DNA of 64,000 bases from assembly GCA_009781075.1 (NCBI GenBank), contig WQYU01000001.1, positions 5,373 to 69,372 on the forward strand, given 5' to 3'. Origin of the DNA: Paludibacter sp. (lineage in GTDB: Bacteria > Bacteroidota > Bacteroidia > Bacteroidales > Paludibacteraceae). Below, in pieces: positions 34,793-44,542 of the stretch. The notes under the pieces are model-generated. The model was not told the origin of the DNA and searched no databases. It saw only the letters and a program-made list of their open reading frames with translations. The position numbers were made by a program, and so were the translations under genes. Each line of letters opens with the position of its first letter. Position 1 is the first letter of the stretch.

Positions 34793-37681
34793 TTAATACC
34801 ACATTATAGGAGGTGACTGGTTCCTTTTGTCGTACTTTAAATCCTGCAACATACTGGCATTTACTCCAATATGAAACGTGTACGATTTAAAATATCCGAA
34901 AGGCACAAAACTTGCCGACATCGACCAGCAATGCAAGTTTCTACGCACAGAAAAAGTTGATGCGGTGAATTTTTTATTTACTAAATCGTAATAAATGCTT
35001 GTTGTGCCATTCCAGTTATCCCCAAGCGAAATATTAAAAGATAAATTGATATTATTTACCGTAATAATATTTTTATAACGCATTTTGTTGTATAAAAAAT
35101 CTTCGGGTTTTACAGACGGACCATAATTAAATGTCCAATTGAAACCGATAGACCAGGGGATTGAAACATTTTGATATCCATCACTGTCATATTTATCTTT
35201 CGAATTGTTCGTTTGATTATTATTATTATTGTTTAACTGATTATTCTGATTTTGACCGCTCGAATCATCGGATTGGTTGGTTTGCGATTGATTATCTGTT
35301 GAATTGTTTCCTTTTTTTTTACTAAAAAGTTTATTAAAAGTATCATTACTAAAATTATAATTGAACGAAGTTCCCACACCCGACCATCTTGGGAATCGTC
35401 CGTTTTTCCACGTAAATTTATCTACTCTACGAGGTATTCCCTGCGGATAGTTTACACTCTTTTCAGTAAGAACAAAATCGTATGGGTCGAAAGATGTAGC
35501 CAAACTCAAAGTATAAGCAGAGCCAAACTTTATGCGCAGATTTGCATTAATGTTGCTGAGTTTCATAGAATCGGCGGCTATATTGTAACTTGTTCCCAAT
35601 GAAAAATTATCAATCAAACTGATTACTTTGTACGGCGCATTGCCTGTGGTATCGGTTTCGTTGCGAATTTTCATTTCCAGATTATTATCTAAGGAAAAAT
35701 TCAACATTTGTTGCTTGCCTTGCCCCGGTGCGCCATACAAACTTCCTTCATAATAAGAATATTGAACCTCCTGATATAGATAGGCATTGCTTGCCACATT
35801 TTGAGCAGGGGTTTCTTTAATGTATGATCCGTAATATTTCCATTGTGGGGCGCCGAAGTCGGGTTGCCAAGAAAAACTTGCCGTGGGAGTAATCACGTGT
35901 CGAATCATTGCAATTTTTGTCCATCCGAAAAGTTTTTGATTAGGAACAAAAAAACCGTAAATTTTTGTACTTGCCGATACTCCCAAAGAAAAATCATAAA
36001 CGCGTTTGAAACCGTACGTTGTGTCCCGAACTAAGGTCTGACTGGTTTTGTCCCACGATTGAGATACGCTACGCGTATACCAGCGTTCTGTGTAATTTGC
36101 AGAAGGCGTGATATTTATATAACTTAACAAATTGAAAGTGGCGCTGACAGGAATTGTGTGTTTTATACCGTTACGCCAATCTTTTATAATATTTTTCTTT
36201 AAAAATTGATTTTCTTTAACCTGTTGTATCGAATTTGAAAAAGCTCCTGAATACGAAATAGTAATTTTTTCGTACCAATGTTCATTACCTATCGGATTTT
36301 TGCGCTTAAACGGTTTGGTACTGCTGTATGAAATATTTATATCTGGTAGGGTCATTGATAATGTAGAATCGCGCGTTTGTTGACTCAACTGCAATGCCGC
36401 CGTAATATTGAGCGAAGGAATGCGTGGGAACCTTTTTGAAAACGAAACGCTCGATGAAGTTACATTTTGAGAGGTTATTGCAGGATTGTAATAATTATTA
36501 ATATTAGAACGATTATAACCCGAAGTGGAAAAATTGACGCTCGCCGAAAAAGTTGAATATGGATTTGCTTTTGCATCCTGTTGATGTGTCCACGCAATAT
36601 TGAAATTCTTTTGTTGAGTATAATCCGGCATATCTTTCTCTCCGTCAACATCAACCCTGTAATTGACGCTAATATTACCTCTAAATTTGTAACGTTTTAA
36701 ATATGTGGAATTTAACCTCAAAGCCCAAGTTCCTTTTAGATAAATTTCGGAGCGCAATTCGGCATCTACATAGTCGTTGAAGGCAAAATAATAGCCGCCG
36801 TTCACAAGCCCCAGTCCGCGCTGCATATTATCGGCATAGGAAGGCATCAGCAGCCCGGATGAATAACTTTTGTTGAAAGGGAAATAACCAAACGGCACAA
36901 AAAGCGGTAATGGCATATCGGCAATATACATTTGCGACGGTCCTGCAACAATGTATTCACCCGTTTTGACTTTACCTTTTGAAATTTTAAGATAAAAATG
37001 AGGATTGTCGTGGTCGTCGCATGTAGTATATTTTGCATCTTTTATCAACAAAAGGCGGTCCTCATTCATTTTTGTATAATTGCTAATAATATATCCTTCA
37101 CCCTCCTGTGTTACTGCTTGACGCACGAATGCACGCTTTGTTTTCAAATTATAGGACAATTCTTTGGAAGTAAACTGACGGTCTCCTTCCGAAAATTCCG
37201 GCTTGCCTCGTTCAATCCCTAAAGTATCTACAACACCTCGTGCATAAATAATGCTGCTATCCATTGTTAAACGAATATAATCGGATTTCAAATTAATATT
37301 TTTGTACTGAATTTGCCCCGCACCGTACAAAAACCCGGTACCATTGGAAAAAAATACAATAGAATCTTGCGCCGTATAATCAACCTGCGCATCAATGGCG
37401 CTTTCTTTTTTCTTTTGCGTAAACGAATCGGCAGATGAAACACTATCTTTTGGCAATTCTGAAATATTGCTTATAACAGTGCTATCAGGAATTATTGTAA
37501 TACTGTCATTTGGCAACACAACAACAGGAATAGTGTCGGTTTGCGCCGCCACACCACCTCCCGCAATACCAAACAGAAACAATATTGCCGTCAAACAAAA
37601 GAATTTTATTTTTATATTATTATTATTAATTATCAAAAGAATGACTTCAATAAGATTTTTGCAAAAGTAATGAAAAAGCAT
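34793..37681 (-). CDS. LptD-like LPS-assembly outer membrane protein
   Basis: 962 aa with a signal/anchor, an OstA-like N-terminal region and a long beta-barrel-type alternating sequence. This is the typical size of Bacteroidota putative LptD. Confidence 0.72.
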   Translation of the reverse strand: MLFHYFCKNLIEVILLIINNNNIKIKFFCLTAILFLFGIAGGGVAAQTDTIPVVVLPNDSITIIPDSTVISNISELPKDSVSSADSFTQKKKESAIDAQVDYTAQDSIVFFSNGTGFLYGAGQIQYKNINLKSDYIRLTMDSSIIYARGVVDTLGIERGKPEFSEGDRQFTSKELSYNLKTKRAFVRQAVTQEGEGYIISNYTKMNEDRLLLIKDAKYTTCDDHDNPHFYLKISKGKVKTGEYIVAGPSQMYIADMPLPLFVPFGYFPFNKSYSSGLLMPSYADNMQRGLGLVNGGYYFAFNDYVDAELRSEIYLKGTWALRLNSTYLKRYKFRGNISVNYRVDVDGEKDMPDYTQQKNFNIAWTHQQDAKANPYSTFSASVNFSTSGYNRSNINNYYNPAITSQNVTSSSVSFSKRFPRIPSLNITAALQLSQQTRDSTLSMTLPDINISYSSTKPFKRKNPIGNEHWYEKITISYSGAFSNSIQQVKENQFLKKNIIKDWRNGIKHTIPVSATFNLLSYINITPSANYTERWYTRSVSQSWDKTSQTLVRDTTYGFKRVYDFSLGVSASTKIYGFFVPNQKLFGWTKIAMIRHVITPTASFSWQPDFGAPQWKYYGSYIKETPAQNVASNAYLYQEVQYSYYEGSLYGAPGQGKQQMLNFSLDNNLEMKIRNETDTTGNAPYKVISLIDNFSLGTSYNIAADSMKLSNINANLRIKFGSAYTLSLATSFDPYDFVLTEKSVNYPQGIPRRVDKFTWKNGRFPRWSGVGTSFNYNFSNDTFNKLFSKKKGNNSTDNQSQTNQSDDSSGQNQNNQLNNNNNNQTNNSKDKYDSDGYQNVSIPWSIGFNWTFNYGPSVKPEDFLYNKMRYKNIITVNNINLSFNISLGDNWNGTTSIYYDLVNKKFTASTFSVRRNLHCWSMSASFVPFGYFKSYTFHIGVNASMLQDLKYDKRNQSPPIMWY

Positions 37682-37995
37682 TGTTTTCAGGTAAAAACAA
37701 TTTTTTTTGAGTAAAATTAGGAAGTTTTTTTAAATCAATAACAATGTTTAACAAAAAAATAATGTCCTCTGATTTCTGCACGGCAAAAAAAGTAAAAAAA
37801 ATTAATTTTTATGAATCTCGGATTTATTACCTAAAATCGTTATAACTATTTGAAAATAAATTTATGATATAAAATTGTAAAATATCAACTAACTTATTGA
37901 TTATAATTCATTTATAAAATATTTTAGGTATTATATCCGCTAATCATTTTAATTTTATATTATGTAAAAATTGGAAAATTTTTCGTAAATACCAT

Positions 37996-38985
37996 TCATA
38001 CAACGCTCAACATCACAAACGAATGATTTTTGTTTTCAAAATGATTGTAAATTAAAATATTTCGTGGAATTTTTTGTTGTGAAAAATCTTTTTTATCAAT
38101 AAATAAATGTTCGGCGATTCTGCCTCTTTGTAAACAAACAGCCGCTGCATATACTCCAAAAGCCGACGAGGTGTAACTTTCGCCGAATATATTTTTAAAT
38201 TGTAATAGCGGAATTTTTGGGAATAATTTTATGCTATTTTCAAAATAAATATCATCGTTTTGGGAATTTCCGTTTATGCCAATCATCACATAATCAATAT
38301 TTTGCAAAAAATTTTTATCAAAAGATTTTATGTTTTTATAAAAAATTTCCACATTTTCAATTTTACAGAGCGAATTTTCATTTTTCATATTCTCAAGTAA
38401 CATCGCCACCGCTGTTTCACCCGAAAAATTGCCATTGCCTAAATAACCGATTCGCTGTAAGAGAGTGAAATAGTCGGGAGTCATTTCGTCGTGTGCGCCA
38501 ACAAGTGCGTTAGCAATTTTGCAAGATTTCAACTGCAAAAATGCATCCATCAGCGCATTTTCAAACGAAACGCCCTTATGAGAATACGTGGTGTTGTAGG
38601 CGTGGCAATGGGCATCAATAGCCACAAGAGAGGAAATCGTATTATGAGTGGAGTTCATAAAATGTGTGGGTTTGAGCAAATTTTCTCCGTTGAAAGTCAA
38701 ATCTTTAAGAAAAAATTCGGTATTTTCGATGCATCCCAAGCCCGTTCCTGTGATTATTGCATCAGGGATTTTTCTATTCATTGCCTCACGCGACACAAGT
38801 AAAGCGCGTTTTAATATTTTTCCGAACCGCCGCACTTCGTTTGGAGTGAAAAACTGTTTGTAATCCGGGTCTATCGCCCTGATATATTGTTGGTTATACA
38901 ATATAGGTTCGTCAAACCATTCTTCACTGAGCGGTTTTTGTATTGAAATCTGTTTTGCGGAATTGATATAAATTTCGGGTATCAT
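37996..38985 (-). CDS. Beta-ketoacyl synthase-like protein (chain-length-factor-like; nucleophile Cys apparently absent)
   Basis: Thiolase-fold-like pattern (ITGTGLGC..., NSTHNTISSLVAI, ...YNTTYSHKGVSFENALMDA). It overlaps the upstream GT4 gene by ATGA. Confidence 0.65.
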   Translation of the reverse strand: MIPEIYINSAKQISIQKPLSEEWFDEPILYNQQYIRAIDPDYKQFFTPNEVRRFGKILKRALLVSREAMNRKIPDAIITGTGLGCIENTEFFLKDLTFNGENLLKPTHFMNSTHNTISSLVAIDAHCHAYNTTYSHKGVSFENALMDAFLQLKSCKIANALVGAHDEMTPDYFTLLQRIGYLGNGNFSGETAVAMLLENMKNENSLCKIENVEIFYKNIKSFDKNFLQNIDYVMIGINGNSQNDDIYFENSIKLFPKIPLLQFKNIFGESYTSSAFGVYAAAVCLQRGRIAEHLFIDKKDFSQQKIPRNILIYNHFENKNHSFVMLSVV

Positions 38986-40160
38986 CTAATTTTTTTTCGT
39001 TTTATCAAACTTGCATAACGGTCTGTAACTTCGGCAGTTACTTCAGTCCACGTGCGATTAAAAGTTGCCTGAGCCGCTTTTCCAACCTGCAAAAGATTGT
39101 CCTTTTCATTCTGCAAAAATAATAGTTTCTCGGCTAACGACAAAACGGAATTTTCTATCAAAAAACCGTTTTCATTGTCGTGAATAATTTCAGAAACCAT
39201 TGAATTTCTGATAATTATTGATGGCGTTGCAAAGGTGGCTGCTTCGCGTACAACTATTGCCGAAGTGTCGTAAAGTGATGGGAAAATGAACAAATCGGCG
39301 GCAGCATACAAATCAGCCAGATGTTGTCGGTCTGTAATTAGCCCTACAAATTGTACTTTATCGCTGATATTTAAAGATTTAACTTTCTTTTGGAATGTTT
39401 TTTCGGCATAGCCGGCACCTGCGAAAACCATTTTAAAATTTGTATGCTTTATTTTTTCCAAAGCATTAATTATCAACTCAATATTTTTTTCGTAAATTAT
39501 TTGACCTACAAAAAGATACAACATCTCTTCGGGTAAAATTCCCAATTTTTCACGTACAGAATTTTTTTGAATGTTGATATCAATCGGCGGCGAGAAATCA
39601 CAGCCATTTTCCACCACTTCTACCTGCCCTTTGTATCCATATTCGCGTATCGTTTGTTCCACGGATGCCTGCGGAATCCAAACTTCATCTGCCTGATAAT
39701 AAAATGAAATTATTTTTTTAATTAATTGATTTACAATAAATTTAGAAGAAATTATTTGTTCAAAATTATCTTTAAATTTGGTATGAAAAGATGCAATAAT
39801 CGGAATATTATTTTTTTTTGCAATTGTTAAGGCAATTTTACCTGCAAAAAACGGACTGTGTGCATGGATAATTCCTAAATTATTAATTTCTAATTGTTTA
39901 TATAAATTGCGATTAAGTAATGGAATTCCATAGCGATATGGTTTTCTCAAAAAAAGAGGTCGAGAACGATAACGCAATACTGTAAATTGCTCATTTTCAA
40001 TTACTTTATCCGACGGCGCAATAACACACACAGGAATACCCAACCCCTGTATTTGCGTTGCATAATTTTTCACTACCGTTGCAACGCCATCAATCATTGG
40101 CGGGAAACTGTCAGTGAAAAGCCCAACAGTTTTCAATATTTCATTAGAATTGCCGCTCAC
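38982..40160 (-). CDS. Glycosyltransferase family 4 (GT-B)
   Basis: N-terminal FTDSFPPMIDGVATVV and the C-terminal FIFPSLYDTSAIVVREAATFATPSI (E-x7-E-like) region. Confidence 0.82.
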   Translation of the reverse strand: MSGNSNEILKTVGLFTDSFPPMIDGVATVVKNYATQIQGLGIPVCVIAPSDKVIENEQFTVLRYRSRPLFLRKPYRYGIPLLNRNLYKQLEINNLGIIHAHSPFFAGKIALTIAKKNNIPIIASFHTKFKDNFEQIISSKFIVNQLIKKIISFYYQADEVWIPQASVEQTIREYGYKGQVEVVENGCDFSPPIDINIQKNSVREKLGILPEEMLYLFVGQIIYEKNIELIINALEKIKHTNFKMVFAGAGYAEKTFQKKVKSLNISDKVQFVGLITDRQHLADLYAAADLFIFPSLYDTSAIVVREAATFATPSIIIRNSMVSEIIHDNENGFLIENSVLSLAEKLLFLQNEKDNLLQVGKAAQATFNRTWTEVTAEVTDRYASLIKRKKIR

Positions 40161-40202
40161 CGGCGTTTTTGTTTTTATTGTTTTTAACTCAATAGTTTTA
40201 TA

Positions 40203-41441
40203 TCAAAAACTGTTTAATGTTTTATCTATAATATCCAAACATTCAAGTAGTTGTGCTTCTGTCATAACTAATGGCGGTGCAAAACGAATAATGTTTGTGT
40301 GTGTCGGTTTTGCTAAAAGTCCGTTTTGAGCGAGGCGCAGACAAATTTCCCATGCAATATCTTTGTCTTTTAAATTATTAACAATCAAAGCATTAAGTAA
40401 TCCTTTCCCGCGCACATAATTACAAATAGTGTGTTTTTTACAAATCTCACTCATTTTTTCTCGAAAAATTTCGCCCAGACGAAATGCGTTTTCAGTAAGT
40501 TTCTCATCAATAATAACTTGCAATGACACAATAGCAACCGCCGCTGCTATCGGATTGCCGCCAAAAGTTGAGCCATGCTGTCCCGGACGGAAAACCTGCA
40601 TCTTGTCATCGTCAGACAAAACTACTGAAATCGGATACGTGCCTCCGGAAAGGGCTTTCCCCAAAATCAAAACATCAGGGTGAATATTTTCATAATCGCA
40701 AGCAAGCAGCCGCCCTGTACGCCCAATGCCCGTCTGTATTTCGTCGGCAATGAAAAGTGCATTATTCTTTTTGCACAAATCATAACATTTTTTCAAATAA
40801 CCATCATCAGGGACACACGCTCCTGCCTCGCCTTGTATCGGCTCAACAAGGAAGCCTGCAATATGTTGATTTTCAGCGAAAACCTTCTCTAATGCAGCAA
40901 AATCGTTATAGGGAATAACAATAAATCCGGGCGTATAAGGTCCGTATCCATCGCGGGCGTCAGGGTCTACCGAAAAAGAAACTATTGTAGTTGTACGTCC
41001 GTGAAAATTGCCTTCGCATACCACAATTTTTGCCTCGCCTGCGGGCGTCCCTTTAACCTGATAAGCCCATTTGCGGCAAAGTTTTAGCGCTGTCTCAACT
41101 GCCTCTGCACCCGAATTCATCGGTAATACTTTATCATAACCGAAAAACTCGGTTATAAATTTTTCGTAAACGCCAAGTTTGTCGTTATAAAATGCCCGCG
41201 AAGTGAGTGTAAGTTTTTGTGCCTGTTCAATAAGAGCATTAACGATTTTGGGGTGGCAATGCCCTTGATTTACAGCAGAATATGCCGAAAGGAAATCGTA
41301 ATATTCGCGTCCTTCTACATCGGTTACCTTTACTCCGTTTCCTTTGGTCAAAACAACAGGCAGAGGATGATAATTGTGTGCGCCGTAACGCCCTTCAAGT
41401 TCTATAAAATATTTAGAATCAATCATATAAATAGTCTTCAA
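40203..41441 (-). CDS. rocD: Ornithine aminotransferase
   Basis: [31 protein letters not shown] and LGKALSGG (PLP lysine) motifs. Confidence 0.9.
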   Translation of the reverse strand: MKTIYMIDSKYFIELEGRYGAHNYHPLPVVLTKGNGVKVTDVEGREYYDFLSAYSAVNQGHCHPKIVNALIEQAQKLTLTSRAFYNDKLGVYEKFITEFFGYDKVLPMNSGAEAVETALKLCRKWAYQVKGTPAGEAKIVVCEGNFHGRTTTIVSFSVDPDARDGYGPYTPGFIVIPYNDFAALEKVFAENQHIAGFLVEPIQGEAGACVPDDGYLKKCYDLCKKNNALFIADEIQTGIGRTGRLLACDYENIHPDVLILGKALSGGTYPISVVLSDDDKMQVFRPGQHGSTFGGNPIAAAVAIVSLQVIIDEKLTENAFRLGEIFREKMSEICKKHTICNYVRGKGLLNALIVNNLKDKDIAWEICLRLAQNGLLAKPTHTNIIRFAPPLVMTEAQLLECLDIIDKTLNSF

Positions 41442-41656
41442 AAAAAGATTAACAAAAAAATGAATACAAAGGTAGTGTTTTTTTGCAACTAAAAAAAATG
41501 ACTTGCAATATTTGCCGTAAAATTGCGTTTTATAACATTAAATGTCTGTTCCCTGGTGAAAATTTCTCGCCTTTATACGAAGGTTCTTAATTTTTATGTT
41601 ATTTTTGTTTAATTCAATTGCATCAAAATATATAGCTAATAACCTGCTTCCTATCG

Positions 41657-41725
41657 ACAAAACGACTTAAGTAACAGGAAAATAATATAAACCTGATTAT
41701 CTGATTAAAAACGTGTAATCAGGTT
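41657..41725 (+). repeat. Third copy of the aac(c/t)taagtaac...aaacctgatta(c/t)ctgatt repeat family, plus a hairpin
   Basis: acaaaacgacttaagtaacaggaaaataatataaacctgattatctgatt aligns with 21378-21432. aacctgatta (41690-41699) pairs with taatcaggtt (41716-41725). Confidence 0.75.
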
Positions 41726-42052
41726 AAGAGTGAGATGGATGCGTTTAATAAATTAACTGAGGTTGTTAAATCCGATAAAAAATCAGGTTTTACTAAATTC
41801 ATATTTTGATGCGGTTGCACAATTATTTAGTCAGCTTTAGCCGATTATAATTCTTTCAATTTTGATACAAAGAAAGTTTGATTTTATAAAAAAATAAAAA
41901 AATATATAAAATATTTTGCTGATAAATATAAATTGTTGTACTTTTGCAACGCCAAAAAATTAAAGCATAGAATTCTGTTTTTTGGCACAAATATTGTAAC
42001 AAAAAGAATAATAATAATTTAATTAATATAAATTTCAAATTAAAATTTTTTT

Positions 42053-42727
42053 ATGACAAAAGTAAAAGGCATTTTATTAGTTGCGCTGTGCACAGTGGTA
42101 GTTGCTGTATCTGCACAAGATTTGAAAATCGGATTAAAAGCAGGTTTAAACCTTAATTCACTAAGTAAAGTTGATGCTTCTTTTAGTGGGTTAAGTTTAA
42201 CTGTGTTTAATCCTGACGGTATGGGTATTGGATACCATGCAGGAGTTTTTTCTAATATTAGTTTTAGCAACTTATTAGGATTTCAACCTGAAATTTTGTA
42301 TTCTGCACAAGGTGGAAAAATTAAAACATCAGACAATCTTGGACCTGTTGAAACTGGATCTGTGAATTACAGTTACATAAATATCCCGCTATTGCTGGAA
42401 ATTAAGCCGGTTCAAAATTTAGGTATTTTGGTTGGACCTCAAATTGGTCTACAAGTTGGGAAGTCAATGAAAGCTGGCAATGAAAAGGTTTCTGGGGCAG
42501 ATTTGGATAATTATTTTAAAGATGCAGGTATTGATAAACCATTTAATACTTTTGATTTCTCCGTTGCAGTTGGAGCTCAATACTGTATTATGAATAGTTT
42601 GTACATTGGTGCACGCTATAATTATGGCATTACAAACAGTTTGGACAAGACAATTGATGGTGCTTCAGTGAAAGGTTGGAAAAATGGAGTTATTCAAATT
42701 AGTGTAGGCTATGCTTTCAATCTATAA
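42053..42727 (+). CDS. Porin-family outer membrane beta-barrel protein
   Basis: Signal peptide, alternating beta-strand pattern and a C-terminal ...ISVGYAFNL aromatic ending. Confidence 0.8.
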   Translation: MTKVKGILLVALCTVVVAVSAQDLKIGLKAGLNLNSLSKVDASFSGLSLTVFNPDGMGIGYHAGVFSNISFSNLLGFQPEILYSAQGGKIKTSDNLGPVETGSVNYSYINIPLLLEIKPVQNLGILVGPQIGLQVGKSMKAGNEKVSGADLDNYFKDAGIDKPFNTFDFSVAVGAQYCIMNSLYIGARYNYGITNSLDKTIDGASVKGWKNGVIQISVGYAFNL

Positions 42728-42753
42728 TTTGACTCTTACAGTTAATTTATAAG

Positions 42754-42784
42754 AAAACCGCCGAGAGATTGGCGGTTTTTTTAT
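42754..42784 (+). terminator. Rho-independent terminator
   Basis: aaaaccgcc-gagagatt-ggcggtttttttt. Confidence 0.8.
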
Positions 42785-42798
42785 TCGTAAAAAAGGAG

Positions 42799-42806
42799 TA
42801 ATTTTG
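42799..42806 (+). promoter_or_regulatory. -7 promoter box (TAATTTTG)
   Basis: TAnnTTTG match 20 nt upstream of the fumarase ATG. Confidence 0.45.
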
Positions 42807-42825
42807 CAAAAAATATAAATAATTT

Positions 42826-44445
42826 ATGGCAAAAGAATTTCATTACCAGGAACCATTTGAACACGCAACAGAAGACAAAACACAATATTATTTATTAACA
42901 AAAGAATATATTTCTACTGCCGAATTTGAGGGAAAACCAATTCTAAGAATCGCCCCCGAAGGGCTTACTGCGCTTGCAAAGCAAGCATTTCACGATTGCG
43001 CTTTTTTACTGCGTCCGGAACATCAATCGCAGGTAGCAAAAATATTAACTGATGCCGAAGCGTCCGACAATGACAAATACGTTGCGCTAACGATGCTCCG
43101 TAATGCTGAAGTTTCGGCAAAGGGGCAGTTGCCTTTTTGCCAGGATACCGGCACGGCAACCATTTATGCCAAAAAAGGGCAGCAGGTATGGACAGGCGGA
43201 GGCGACGAGCAGGCGCTTGCAAAAGGAATTTATCTAACGTACACCGAAGACAATTTACGCTATTCGCAAAATGCACCTCTAACAATGTATGAGGAGGTAA
43301 ATACAAGCACAAATTTACCTGCACAAATTGACATTGTATCTACCGATGGCTGTCAATACGATTTCCTTTTTATTGCCAAAGGCGGCGGTTCGGCAAACAA
43401 ATCATACCTTTTTCAGGAAACAAAAGCACTGCTCAACCCTGAAAGTTTGGAAAAATTTTTAACAGAAAAAATTAAAGCCTTAGGTACTTCGGCTTGCCCT
43501 CCTTATCACATTGCATTTGTAGTTGGCGGTACGTCTGCCGATATGTGTATGAAAACCGTAAAACTTGCTTCTACAAAATATTACGATGAACTTCCGACCC
43601 AAGGAAATGAATATGGACGTGCATTCAGGGATTTGGAAATGGAAGAAAAAATTCTCAAAGCGGCTCAAAAATCGGGAATAGGGGCGCAATTCGGCGGAAA
43701 ATATTTTGCACACGACATTCGCATTATCCGCTTGCCGCGACATGGCGCAAGTTGTTTCGTTGGAATGGCGGTTTCGTGTTCTGCCGATAGAAATATTAAA
43801 GCAAAAATAAATAAAGATGGAATTTGGATTGAAAAACTTGAAGACAATCCATCAAAATATATTCCTGCTCAATATCGCAAGGCAGGCGAAGGTAACGCTG
43901 TTAGTATTGACTTGAACCGCCCAATGAAAGAAATATTAGCCGAACTGACAAAATATCCTGTTTCGACGCGCCTATCGCTCAACGGGACTATTGTCGTCGG
44001 GCGCGACATTGCCCATGCCAAACTCAAAGAATTATTGGACAGCGGGCAAGATTTACCCGAATATGTAAAAAATCATCCGATTTACTATGCCGGGCCAGCC
44101 AAAACACCCAAAGGAATGCCTTCCGGCTCATTCGGACCGACAACAGCCGGCAGAATGGACTCTTACGTTGATTTATTTCAAAGCAAAGGCGGCTCATTGG
44201 TGATGATTGCCAAAGGCAACCGCAGCCAGCAAGTTACCGATGCCTGCAAAAAATACGGCGGTTTTTATCTTGGCTCTATAGGCGGTCCGGCTGCTATTCT
44301 GGCGCAGGAATCTATTAAGAAAGTAGAATGTATCGCCTATCCTGAACTTGGAATGGAAGCAATATGGAGAATCGAAGTAGTTGATTTCCCTGCATTTATT
44401 TTGGTTGATGACAAAGGAAACGATTTTTTCAAACAGATGAAATAA
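42826..44445 (+). CDS. Class I (Fe-S) fumarate hydratase
   Basis: 539 aa. [17 protein letters not shown] and a C-terminal beta-subunit-like domain ([14 protein letters not shown]). Confidence 0.9.
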   Translation: MAKEFHYQEPFEHATEDKTQYYLLTKEYISTAEFEGKPILRIAPEGLTALAKQAFHDCAFLLRPEHQSQVAKILTDAEASDNDKYVALTMLRNAEVSAKGQLPFCQDTGTATIYAKKGQQVWTGGGDEQALAKGIYLTYTEDNLRYSQNAPLTMYEEVNTSTNLPAQIDIVSTDGCQYDFLFIAKGGGSANKSYLFQETKALLNPESLEKFLTEKIKALGTSACPPYHIAFVVGGTSADMCMKTVKLASTKYYDELPTQGNEYGRAFRDLEMEEKILKAAQKSGIGAQFGGKYFAHDIRIIRLPRHGASCFVGMAVSCSADRNIKAKINKDGIWIEKLEDNPSKYIPAQYRKAGEGNAVSIDLNRPMKEILAELTKYPVSTRLSLNGTIVVGRDIAHAKLKELLDSGQDLPEYVKNHPIYYAGPAKTPKGMPSGSFGPTTAGRMDSYVDLFQSKGGSLVMIAKGNRSQQVTDACKKYGGFYLGSIGGPAAILAQESIKKVECIAYPELGMEAIWRIEVVDFPAFILVDDKGNDFFKQMK

Positions 44446-44542
44446 AAACAAATGAATGAATGACACCAAGCGGCTTAACATATATGGGAGTTAGCGGCAA
44501 TTCGACAGACTGTGCAGCAGACACATTAAAAAAATATTGAAA

